Source: Callorhinchus milii
Lineage: Eukaryota
DNA length: 64,000 nucleotides
Assembly: GCF_018977255.1 (NCBI RefSeq)
Contig: NW_024704742.1
Span: 97,714,001-97,778,000 of the forward strand
Reading direction: 5' to 3'
Numbering within the stretch: the first letter of the stretch is position 1; every line of letters starts with the position of its first letter. Shown one piece after another: positions 12,270-23,704 of this stretch. Under the pieces are notes generated by a model that was given only the letters and a program-made list of their open reading frames with translations, did not search any database and was not told where the DNA came from. The position numbers were made by a program, and so were the translations under genes.

Positions 12270-15200
12270 TTGTATATAAAACAGGTGTTTTAACTTTATT
12301 GAACCGATTTTAATGCCGCTTTCATTTTACAGTTAAAACTATCAAACTACATATTTTTAAAACATAGAGCTCTTTGCACACAGTGATATTCTAAACATGA
12401 CTTTTTAAACAAGATTCTTCCAAGACTGAAATTATATGAAATTAAGGTTAATTTAATAGCAAAAATAAAATATGGAATTACACTGAATTTGGCCATTATC
12501 AAATACAACAGGACTATAATATTTTACAAGTAATGGACTGAGCATTTTACACATGTACAGTAACTATCAGTAAACGTGATTGTGAATTCAATGACGCGGA
12601 CACTATGCTAAATGTAAACTATTTTATTATCGCCTGTTTAATAGTATTAGTGTTTTGTTTTTGCAAGTATCTGACAAAATCTTTACAATCCATGTCCATT
12701 AGTATGAATACATATTTTATTTGGATTTGAACAAATTAAGGCTAAATTAAAATTACAATTATTAAAAATCATAAGAGACCAAGGTAGTATATGAATAGTA
12801 ATGGACCTAACATAACTGTAATTCAGTGGAAGTAATCATCAGGAAAAAATGGCGATTAAGTATGTAAAAGAATGGTTCATCACTAACATAGGACAGTGTA
12901 GGAAACAGTTAGTAACAAAAAGGGAGAATCCCTTTCATCAATGATCATGACCAATGGCTCTGCACAGTGTAGGAATGTGCTTCTTCCACACTTACAGTGA
13001 AAGGTCATTGTGAAGCCACGTTTTGTGATTCAATGGGCTTTCTTTTAATAGAGATCTCCATTACATGGGCTGCAACATATCGTGTGTGGTAGAAGGGAGA
13101 GAAAGAATTGGACTTCGATAGCTTGAAGTAGTTTGATGGATATGGTCTGGGCAAAGAGCTTAGAAATTGTAATAAATGCTTCGAGGGGGTGGGGGCTAGT
13201 GGGGTGGGGTGTGAATCTCATTAAGACACAGGAACGAATAAAGAAATTAAAACCTGCAATGAATTATAAAAAAAACTGTCCCTATTCCTTCAATCAAATC
13301 ACAAATCAGCACCATTATAAATGTAACTCTCCTTTATAGGTAAAGGAATATGAGGGGTGACCAGAGTCACTGAGGTTTTTCCTTCCTTCTTTCAGTCCTG
13401 CCAGAAACCCAAACTTTTAAAACTCATTTAAAATTAATACCTAAAGCAGAAAGAACTAATGAGAGCAACTCGTCTGAAGAGTTGTTGCTGTATTGTGGTA
13501 GCTTGAGTTTCACCTGCAAGTGTAAGCTTGAGTTCACATACAAGCCACAATTTCCTAACAGCACATCTTCATTAAACAGTAAGAAGCACTTTCATCTCTG
13601 CTACTACCTGCCTGTGCGCATATTAGGCTACTCATCTTCAAGGGGATGGGGTTAAAGTCTGGTGGGAGGTAGAAACCTCTGCTTCACCAAATGGTCTGGC
13701 TGAATATTGGTCAATCAATGTCATCCGAGTTGTGGAAACAAAACTTATGTTGTTGGTTTAGAAACCAGTACACTCACTCTGAGGCTTCTCTCACTCTCCC
13801 CACAATAGAAGGGAAAGATTTTGTTTTGAATGGCGAGCTATAGTCACATGCATTCATGTATCACTGCCAATTCCAGGCATGTTCAGTGCAATATGTTGTG
13901 TTACATATTAACTTCAGATGGTTCCTTCCTACAGGCTGAGCCTGCAGTGAAACCATTGAAAATAAAACACGCACTCATACAAAATTAAACCTGTACCAAC
14001 ATTAGAGTTTGGAATTAGTCTCAGCCTGATGTCAATGATTCACAGAATGTGTACAGTGCACTGGTGATCTAAAAATTCCTTCCCTCCTAGCAGATGTGCC
14101 CGATAGGCGTTTCTCTATACCCATCAGCCCAAATTACTGACTGATTTACAGATCCCAAAGCTCAGAGTTCTATGAAGGTGTGGCTGGCACAGCGTTTGGA
14201 GATCAGTAAAGAATTTGAAATGTGTGCAGTCATCCTGGCTCTGAAGCACCAATACCTGCAGCTGCAGAAAGAGACAGGTTTGGACTTGGATGGGGTTAAC
14301 CCGACTCATTTAATCTAGATTCAATCTGAACGAATTCGGTCTGTGTAAAAATAGGGTCACACAACTTGATCATAAATTAGAGTTAAAAATATACATGAAC
14401 AGTACAATTGAACAGGTAATAATTCTACTTTTATAAACAGGCCCATGTTAGTAAGCCTCTCCTATTAAGCTGCAAAAATTAAAATGGAAGAAAAGTAACT
14501 TCCAGCCAGGAGGTTAACAGTAAATGTTAAAACAACCCAAAGCAAGGCAATAACAAGAGTGTCAGAAAAAAGTGAAAGTAAGAATGAAAGCAAACTTTTT
14601 CTGGCAAGGGAACTTATTAATGTAGGTCTACTTTCATGCCAAAATGACATTATAAGGCTGTGCGTTAATGACAGTACCATTGAGCACCAACTCACTCTCA
14701 CAGTTGATGAATGAGGAGCGGTTGCTATGTGAAGCTACTGCCCACTTTGTTTTTGAAGACACCACTTCTACGACAATCCTTACCATTAACATTGATATGA
14801 ATACCAACACTTCCACCACTGATGCCACCATGATCATCAACAGCAACAAGCTATGACTGATATACCATTATGACCAATAAAGCTTCAGGCCGTTAGTAAA
14901 TGATTAAAAGCATATACATACTGAATGTTATATATTATTGCAGAAGAGGTTTAGTGGGAGCAGGCGGAGTAGGAATTGGTTTCCTGGTTGGAAGGAAGCA
15001 CATTATTCCTGGTTTACATACCTGTTTGTATTTGTCTGAAAATCATCCATCCATGGCATTTGTGCATCTGGGAGACGGTGGGTACAAATTTCAACATGCG
15101 AGCACTTTGAATGCAAACACTAACGCATTTACCAAACTGCCAATTTAAAGTGATGTAAACGTCTACAAGTATTCTAGACAACAACCTGGATGTTAAAGAA

Positions 15201-15517
15201 GGAAATCCTTCCCAAACAGAGCAAACCCATGATTTAATGGAAAATAAATCAGATCTCATTCAAATAGGAAATTTGGCATTAGATGCTTTGGTCATAAAAG
15301 TAAAATACTGACACATTAGATATTCCAGATGTCAGACAGTAAACACCTGAAGTGAAAGGTAGGTCTGTTGTAATTGCTTCACCAATAAAGTTCTGTCACA
15401 TAGTTCACCATCTCCTTGAAGGAGGAGAAAGGGTGGCTTTCTATTTTTTTTGTTTGATATTAAAAGAATTTACACGTGTGCATTCTGGAGCGAGGGGGAA
15501 AACCCGTTGTCATCCGT
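12270..15517 (-). other. PCSK5: Probable PC5A 3' UTR
   Basis: Follows the stop codon, is AU-rich, has no recognisable TE fragments unlike the introns, and ends at clustered polyA signals. Confidence 0.55.
12295..12314 (-). terminator. Candidate polyadenylation signals ATTAAA (12309-12314) and AATAAA (12295-12300)
   Basis: Tandem hexamers with upstream TGTA elements and a downstream GT/T-rich stretch (GATGTCTGTGACGTT...TTTTAGTTCTTTTT) on the minus strand. Confidence 0.5.
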
Positions 15518-15633
15518 TCAACCTTTAAGTGAACACGTTCTGCAACACAGTTGTTGGAGCACTTTCCGCTGGCAAAGGCTGTTCTTTTTCACCAAGACGC
15601 AGAAACTTCCCTCGGCCCAAGACTCTTCCGTTG
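15518..15633 (-). CDS. PCSK5: PCSK5 PC5A-specific terminal coding exon (ATEESWAEGSFCVLVKKNSLCQRKVLQQLCCRTCSLKG*)
   Basis: 116 nt including TGA at 15518-15520; acceptor ctggaaag; phase 1 matches the upstream donor; near-identical to the recalled PC5A C-terminus. Confidence 0.95.
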
Positions 15634-15842
15634 CTTTCCAGAGATCAGGATCAGAGAGAAGAGGTTGAAGTTTGGGGAGATGGGAGCAGAGGGACCAAGT
15701 AGGTGATTGTATCAGACAGGGTAGAAGAAGCCAGTTCAAGAAGATGACAGAAGCAATTTTTGGGGGTTCATCAGAAGTAATTGTGTCCAACAGGAAGCAA
15801 GTTTTCATATTTCAACAGCAAGTGATTTTTAGTCCATTTTTG

Positions 15843-15876
15843 GAGGGGGAAAAAAGATCACAGAAAGACATTAGAA
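15843..15876 (-). promoter_or_regulatory. Candidate distant branch point (TTCTAAT, branch A at 15871) plus polypyrimidine tract for the PC5A terminal exon
   Basis: Minus strand reads TTCTAAT GTCTTTCTGTGATCTTTTTTCCCCCTCC at the 5' edge of a 246-nt zone with no AG. Confidence 0.7.
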
Positions 15877-17816
15877 AACAGCTTAAACATCATGAAAGTG
15901 AATCAGTACCACAGCTGAAAGAACTTTTTAATCACATTAAAGAAAGTAAAATAGGTAAAATAGCAATCTAGAAAAAAAAGGCATAAAATACACAAGCTGA
16001 AAAACCTACATTTGCAATTATTGTACAATGGACCAAGAAGTCCACATTACATTTCATTCAATACACTGGTGCTAATTTAATAGATTTGAATGGCTGTTAT
16101 TTGTATTGCTACAGCTTAAAAGTTTAACTTTTGCCTACACTGACCATACCAGATCCACTAATGTGTGTTAAGATTTTAAACAAAGATTTGTTCTATATAA
16201 AAGGGAGCCCTGCATTGTTTAATGTTTAGGATCATTATAGCTTTTACACACAAGTAAAATCCTTTGCCAAGAATTCTGGACCACATGCCATGAACTAATA
16301 ACAATACAGAATATTTATCTCCCCTTTTCCTTTATAAAGTTAAAAAAAACTGTACATCAGATTATGGTGCCTATAACATCAAAATGCCAGAAAGCACTTC
16401 ACAGGAAATTATTATTTAATATGGTGACTGTATTCTCCAGCAAATGCAGCAGGCAATTTGCACAAAGCAATGTCCCACAATTGTCAATATATCTTGAGAA
16501 TTGTTGGCCAGGGCACTGAAATTTCCCTCTCATTTCGAATATTGTCAACTAGGGAAATTGGGGGAAGGAGGAACGAGAAAGAAAAGGGAAGGAATGTAGG
16601 TTTCTAAATAAACAGATGTATATTTTTAGCTAAAGTTATGTGGCAAGTTTATAAACTGATCCATGCGGTAGTAACTGGCCATAGGTATGTCATCTTTCTC
16701 AGAATGTATTATCTGAAGAGGAAGAATGCCACTGTATAAAGACGTTTGTTGAAATTTAATAGGTTGCAGCACTATTCATATATATTCAGGAGATTTTCAA
16801 CACTTTAGTGCTCTTTTTATCAACATCAATGTTTCTGGAGAAGGCATATTCTTATATTCTACCATATTCATATTAGGTTGGATAACTAACTAATGCCAAG
16901 TAGTTCCTCATTAGACAGACAAAGCAGTGACCATGATTACAGAACAAAGTTCCTGACATATGTGTTAAGTTCCTTAACATGCCATTTATTTTTTGAGACA
17001 TTGAGACATTTTTTGAGACATTGATGTGTATAAATAGTCTGCTGCATTTCACCTACAAAATATACAGTCACTATACATTAGAGTAAATCCTGTGAAGATC
17101 TTTGGGATGTCCTCCTGACGTGAAAGGCACTGTACCAAATGTAAATCCACAGTTTTTTTTAACAACAGACTCTTCATGGGGAAAATATTAGAAGTTCAAA
17201 GCTGGAATTCTCCAGGACAGAAGACATTGTCCATCACACTTTGCATAGGATTTTGTCCATGAATGTATGGAAGTTCACATTGGTTTGAAGAAATCTCCAA
17301 GTTGAACTTACACAGATGGCTGCAAAAACACTGGCTTTATTATAACCAGAATCTACTACTAAGAAGTTGAAAGTGCAAAACAGCTTCCATGTGTTTATAC
17401 TAAGTGTGTACAATTGATTATTGAGCAACTACATTATTTCACAGAAAGGTAATTGAAGTTTGATGCGGTATATTTACAGAAGCAGCTTGTAAAGGTTTTT
17501 TTAAAAAAATCATTCTTGTACCCCATATCAGAAAGTGACATCTATCTAGAGACAAATGATTCTTTTTCCAACAGTTAGCACAATGAATAAATGCTGATGA
17601 GGCTTTATAATCTCTTTAACCACTTGCGTTTAAGGTTAAACATTTCACAATGGTAGGAACATAAATAGGTCATTCGAACCATTAGGCCTGTTCTACCATT
17701 TAATTAGACCTTGTTAGATCTCTTTAGCCCGTTTCCTAATCTTTTCTCCCTAATACTCTAACTTCCTAAGTATTAGGCATATCCCTTTTTGACATCCCAA
17801 TCAAATTTGCATCCAC

Positions 17817-18015
17817 AATAATAATAATCCTCACATCTTCTAGACGTCCCAAAGCGCTTCACAGAATATACTGTAAAGTGAATTGACTGTATATTTGTGG
17901 GCGAACGCGGCAGCCAATTGCGCACAGCAATGTTCCACAAACAGTCGTGGATTGAAAATGACCAATTTATTATTGTTTTGATTTTTTTGGAGGGATTATT
18001 ATTAGGCGTGTGGCA
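17817..18015 (-). mobile_element. 5'-truncated tRNA-SINE copy inserted in a CR1 3' fragment (about 17650-18460)
   Basis: Body and tail match the 57947-58270 family; the flanks resemble a CR1 3' end. Confidence 0.8.
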
Positions 18016-18318
18016 GTGTGTTCCACTTAATTTGTGTGAAGAAATATTTTCTGATCTCAGTTCTAATTTTAACACTGGTCTACTTGTTTTGGATCTCTCA
18101 CCCAGTAGAGCAGCAGCCTTTATCCAGCTTGGCAATCTGTTCATTCTTAAACACCTCTTTACGTCCGGGGAATATAATAAAAAAAGAGTCAGCCCCTTCA
18201 TTCCAGTTTTAATCCCAGGTGAAGCATAATGGGCCACTCCCCAGGTTTACTATGTATCCTTCCTAAGGCTGGGCACCCAAAACTGAACACGAAACTCCAA
18301 ATGACTAATGCTATACAT

Positions 18319-18381
18319 TAGGGATGGCCGACTCGACTATTTTACGCATGTGTAATGCGGTTCGCAAGTTAGCCATCTCTG
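18319..18381. mobile_element. 63-bp hAT-type miniature element
   Basis: TIRs TAGGGATGGCCGACT and AGTTAGCCATCTCTG; perfect 8-bp TSD CTATACAT at 18311-18318 and 18382-18389. Confidence 0.85.
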
Positions 18382-19207
18382 CTATACATAACTATAGTAG
18401 CACTTCTTGCTTTCATATTCCCTATTTATAAAGCTCAGCAGCCCATCAGCCTTTCTAAAGGTAAGATCTTGGGGTGCAGGATGGAGAAAACATTTATTTG
18501 CAAATGTCAGGCAGGTTGGCTATTTTATGCCATTGAAGTCAGCTTGTGATTATTTGTATGCACAAACAATAGAAAACAGGAGAGTTCTCTATCAGTGGGG
18601 TGAGAAGAAATCAATTTAGTGAACGTTCCTGAGTTTCACAAGTGACATAATGAGCTGAAACCATTCTCCAAACAAAACTTAACAACACTGTATTTTTAAT
18701 CAATGAGGAAGGGGTGACAGAACAAGTTTTGCTGTGAATTATATTTCCAACTGGTAATTCACAGGACAATATTCTGCGAGGGTAGAGTTACAGTATTGTT
18801 ACAATGAAAAGAACAGTTTGCCATGTATGGTATTTGCCACATCTCTGTACCAGTTTCTTAATTGGGATTTTTTTTCATACCTGTTTTACATGTACCTCTT
18901 CCAACAGTACTAGTAACCAAGAGAAACAACTGTCCAATAGGTGAGCTCGCAACACTTACTGTGTGCAACTTCAATATCAGCTTGCACAAGGAAGGCAACA
19001 GGCAGCAGAACAGAACCTGCCCTGTCCAATTAGATAAACTAAATTGAACTTTCAACACACTATTCACTAATATTCTTAAGAGACTTTCAAATAAATAAGT
19101 GTTCCTCTCGCCAATATGAATGCTACCTCAGGAGCAAGTCTAACTGTAAAAAGGACTTGCTGTATTCACACAATTTCACATGAAAAACAATGCCCAGGAG
19201 TACTCAC

Positions 19208-19323
19208 CATCTTTACAAACGGTGCCAAGCACACAAGCTCCGTCCTCAAGGTTGTATCCACTAGGACAGGTGCTACAGTTCCTCTCTCCATGACCAATAC
19301 AAGTTGAACAGCTAGGATCACAC
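19208..19323 (-). CDS. PCSK5: PCSK5 last exon common to A and B isoforms (CDPSCSTCIGHGERNCSTCPSGYNLEDGACVLGTVCKD)
   Basis: 116 nt; acceptor tctcaag, donor gtgagt; ends at CKD, where PC5A and PC5B diverge in mammals. Confidence 0.95.
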
Positions 19324-20419
19324 CTTGAGAAAATAAAACGTACAGATGTTATTTTTAAATCTTAAGGGTGTACCTTTCTATGTAGATACCTAAAAACGTG
19401 TAGGTGTACATACGTGGGGAAAAGTACAATAATAATCCTTGCATTTGAGATACAGCCTTATCACGTTGTTGAGACAATAACAAAATGACATTTGTATGGT
19501 GCCTTTCACATCGGGAGGATGTCCCAAGGCGCTGGACAGATAGGAGTTTTGGAACCGAGCTTGTATTGGGGAGGGTGGAGGGCAGCGGAAAGCAGGGTGA
19601 TCGAAAGTATGGTCGAAGAGGAGGGTTTTGAGATGGATCTTGTAGGAGGCAAGGGAGGGGGCAAGATGGTATTATTGGACTGCTCGGCAGAATTCCTAGG
19701 CCTTAGCTGATTAAAAATATATTTTTCTATAATCAGAAATGAAGTTCGAGAAGACAATACAATTCATATTGAGTTCATGTTGGCAGAATATTACATGGTG
19801 CTGAACAGTCCAGGGTTTGCACCTGAACCAGGGGTGGGGGACGACGATGAGGAGGGTAAAGGGGTGGGGAGAGAGGACCAAAAGCATGGTCAAAGAGGAA
19901 GGTCTTGAGACAGACAGTGAAAGAGGCAAGGGAAAGGAGGGGCGAGTCAAAGGGACTCTGTGTTGGAGTTCCAGAGAGTGGGCAGAAACGTTCAAAGCCC
20001 AACTCCCAATGATGGGACAGGGGTAAGCTTGATACACATCTCCACTCTTTTCTAAAGTCTCCGGTCAGCATGTGCCAACCATCCTTCCAGTCTTTCCTCC
20101 CTCACCTGGCCCAAATTAATCCAATAAATCTACATTTCAGGGATTGGGGAGCAAAGAACCCATAGAATGTCAATAGAATCGATGCACTGCAATGGCTTTG
20201 CAAGGTGTCTGGATTTACAGCTACCCTATAAAGCTGGATACACTGCACTTCTAAATGTGCCTCTGGAACTCCATTCACTAATGCCACCTGGCTTAAGGCA
20301 AGTTCAATGAAACCTTGTATGAATTCTGCTAAAATTATGAATCTTAGCTTGCAAAGAAACAGTTTTCAGAGGAAATTTACAAATAGTTGAGAGCAGTTCA
20401 AAGAATCAGTTCAACTTAC

Positions 20420-20549
20420 CTCCTGCAAGTCTTTTCTGCGTTTTCATATGGCTGATCTAAGAAGTAGCCAACACTGCAGCTCAGTACACATCTCCAATCT
20501 TCCATATAAAAAGATGGTGCACACCTTGTACATGACTCCTGGCCTTGGC
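20420..20549 (-). CDS. PCSK5: PCSK5 exon, Cys-rich (GQGQESCTRCAPSFYMEDWRCVLSCSVGYFLDQPYENAEKTCRR)
   Basis: 130 nt; acceptor gttccag, donor gtaagt; phase 1 to 2. Confidence 0.95.
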
Positions 20550-21914
20550 CTGGAACAACACAGAAACAGAATGAAGGTCACAGTCCAAGAGTTTTGGTAA
20601 CTAGATGCTTTCCTTCAGCGAACAATGGCTGTGACATGTTCCAACAGTGCCATGAAATGTAATTTGTTGCTGTTGTTAATGCCCAGCAGTTTCTCCGGTA
20701 TTTTAAATAATTTAAGGAACTGACAGGTCAAATAATGGACAATTCATCGCTCTGGTATAGGGATCATAGACAAAAAGGGTCATAGCATCAAAATCAGATC
20801 CACGATGGTTAGAAATTAAGTCAGGAAGCATTTCTTTGTGAAGATGTGGGTTGTTCTGCCTCAGAAGTCTGTAGAAGCAAAATCAATAGGGGATGTTTAA
20901 GAGATGGATACACATTTCCTTGGGTAGTAAAGATATTAAGGAGTATGACAAAAGGATGCAGCATTGAAATGAAAAGATCTGCCAAGATCTAATAAACTAG
21001 TGGAACAGTCATGATACCTGAATAGTTTCCTGTTCTTATATTCCCAAATTCATAAATCAATCTATAACATATTGATTGGTTTAAAGCCAAACCAGATTTG
21101 ACAAATTTATTATTATAAATTCGGTTCACATAAGAAACTTTTTGAACCATCATCACCATCGGGAGTTTCTGCACGACTGACAGCAGCAGAAGTTATTTTT
21201 AAAAAATCAGCCTAGAAGCAGCTTTTCCAGGATATTGATTGAAGGCACAAATTTTTCCCCTTTCTTCCCAGTATCCATCCATTATATAATATTCCCTTAA
21301 TTTGATATAGTACTCTGTCAAGTCATCAAAGCATCACAAAGTGGTTCACAGACTGTCGAGATGTCTCAAAGCACTTCACTCTCGCAAATAGGTGCGACAG
21401 GTGCAACATGTATTTTGTGGCCTTAGCTCCCCACCCCGCCCCCCCCCCCCCCCACCACCACGCACGCTATACATAAACCAAGAACACATTACAGTATATG
21501 CTATTGGCAATTCTCTACATGTTACCATCTATATCCTCCTGGGGGGGCGGTGGGGGGGGGGGGAAGGAGGTGAGCCCAATACGCTCCAGAATTAGGTAAG
21601 GGAGTGTACACTCCATTCCAGATGTAGGAAAATTTCCACGGGTAGGTGTGTGTGGAACTCTTATTCTGGATTGGATACTCTGAACTAGTGATAGATTGCC
21701 ACGTGTTATTCATCTGGCTGACCAAAATTAATAGCACAATGACGCAGTGTCATGATATTACAACATACCCTATGCAATCCATGGTTCTGTATACTACCAC
21801 CCAAAATAAGTTATTTAATCAAGATATGTGCGCCTTGGAAAATATTGAGCCCCCCATCCCCTCCCCACCCAAAAAGAACTAAAATGTGCTGAGATTCATG
21901 GAAGTAAAGATTAC

Positions 21915-22018
21915 CGGCACATGTTGCACAGGAAAAGTGACATCGTTCACAGCCCCTTTTCTGTGAGTTGTAATAGCTCCCATCTGCACAGCTGAAGACG
22001 CACTTTGTTCCCTGCAAA
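21915..22018 (-). CDS. PCSK5: PCSK5 exon, Cys-rich (LQGTKCVFSCADGSYYNSQKRGCERCHFSCATCA)
   Basis: 104 nt; acceptor cttccag, donor gtaatc; follows a 97-nt intron; phase 2 to 1. Confidence 0.94.
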
Positions 22019-22115
22019 CTGGAAGACAGGACAATGGTTGCAAGTCACTTCAGAAGCCCCATTTCCCCCAATGTTTCTTTTACAAAAAATGGCACTGAGT
22101 ACAAGTTCTTCATAC

Positions 22116-22200
22116 CTCATACCCGGCTTGCAGTCTGTACAGAATTGAAATCCATTGCACCTCCGGCAGTTTTCGCTACATCTCCTACATGTATTTCCAT
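22116..22200 (-). CDS. PCSK5: PCSK5 exon, Cys-rich (NGNTCRRCSENCRRCNGFQFCTDCKPGMS)
   Basis: 85 nt; acceptor tttccag, donor gtatga; phase 1 to 2. Confidence 0.94.
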
Positions 22201-23323
22201 CTGGAAAGAGAAAGAAATATGTGATAAGATAAAGTATATTGGGGAAATAGTAATTAGGGGAAGCAGAAAGGGGAAACATATTTAGAAATGACATTTCTGG
22301 CTATGTCAAATTGTGAGATTCGCAAATAGCAAATGTTGGATGTGCAGCAGATCAAAATAAGCCATCTCTGAACTCCACTCAAATTCTGATTGAATGCAGA
22401 TCTCAGTTCTGTGAAGTTTGCACCTCGAACAGAATTCCAGAGTCAGCCACCAAGACAGGTTTGGAATTCCCTATTCACAAAGATTTTTGGTGAATCTTGG
22501 ATCAAGTTATGAAATAGAATTATTGTTCCACATCAACCATGGTCCTCATATAAAGGTTAAAGGAAGCACCTACATTTCATACAACTAATTTTATGCTCTG
22601 ATTGTGTTAGGATTTCACACCTTATCGTCAATAACACTTTTAGATCAACAGGGAACAAGAGTTTGTCCATTTCTGCTCCCTGCTAATATGTGTGTGTGTG
22701 TGAGAGAGAGACAGAGGGAGGATGGGGGCAGGGGGAGGGAAGAAACAGGCCTTTTGTCACTTGGGATCCACCATCTATAAATCTTAAAACCACATAAAAT
22801 GTGATTTGTTGATCTCAGTGTTAATTCCCCAATGCAATATTTTAAACTGGAAGTCACAATTAAAGCCACAAATCCAGTTTGGGAAAACTGTATTAAACTT
22901 TAGCTGCTCATGTGACTACTGCTAATGTTGAAACTTCAGCCTTTCTGGCCCCACCCTTTAGAACTCCATCCTGCAGTCCCTTCGTCTTGCTCCCTCCCTT
23001 GCTTCCTTCAAGGCCTATTTCAAGACCTTTCTCTTTGACTGTACCTTCGGGTACCATCCTATACCATCCTCCCTCCACTCCTCCTGATCCCAACCCCCAG
23101 CTTGGGTTCAAATCCTTGCCTGTCCATCCAATGTTCTTCCGATGTCAAAGGCATTACACAAATGTAATTTGTTGTTGATTTTGTTGCCTTCTTTTTTTTG
23201 CTTAACTAGAAATTTGACTCAAAAGTTATTTGCAACCACGAGAGAGTTTTTGTGATCATTTCTCCCTCTCTTTCCCCTTCCATAGAGGAAGTACAATGTA
23301 GATTAAAAGTTCCCAATACTTAC

Positions 23324-23517
23324 TTTTATCGAGGTAGAAGGACTCTGGGCAATTAGTCACACAGACATTAGTCTCCTCATTCAAGTGGTAGCCATTTTTA
23401 CAGGAGATACACTGGTCGCTACGGCTCCCTACACAATTCTCACAGATTGACCAGCATTTTTTACACCTTCTTTTCTCATCATCATAAAATCCCCGCGGGC
23501 ATTCGGGAACACAGGTC
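23324..23517 (-). CDS. PCSK5: PCSK5 exon, Cys-rich repeats (TCVPECPRGFYDDEKRRCKKCWSICENCVGSRSDQCISCKNGYHLNEETNVCVTNCPESFYLDK)
   Basis: 194 nt; acceptor aatgcag, donor gtaagt; phase 2 to 1. Confidence 0.96.
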
Positions 23518-23704
23518 CTGCATTCAAAGCAAATGACTTGGGTTAAATTGGATCCTTTACCTCTGCACAAACTTCTTCCCAAGAAGAGCAGAGAGACCGG
23601 TGCACATTTTAGCATAAATTAGAACCATACTCTGTTCAACCCATGAAATTACTGTACCTCCGAACCACAGAACAAAATATCCTTCTTGGCGATCCTACTG
23701 TACA

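Noticed and set aside
14634..14849. Hydrophobic 71-aa ORF in the 3' UTR
   Set aside because: It is explained by a degenerate triplet repeat and has no independent coding evidence.
15634..15808. ORF extension upstream of the terminal exon (MKTCFLL...PDLWK)
   Set aside because: There is no AG acceptor in this stretch and no similarity to PC5. The open frame is partly a by-product of the AG-free zone.
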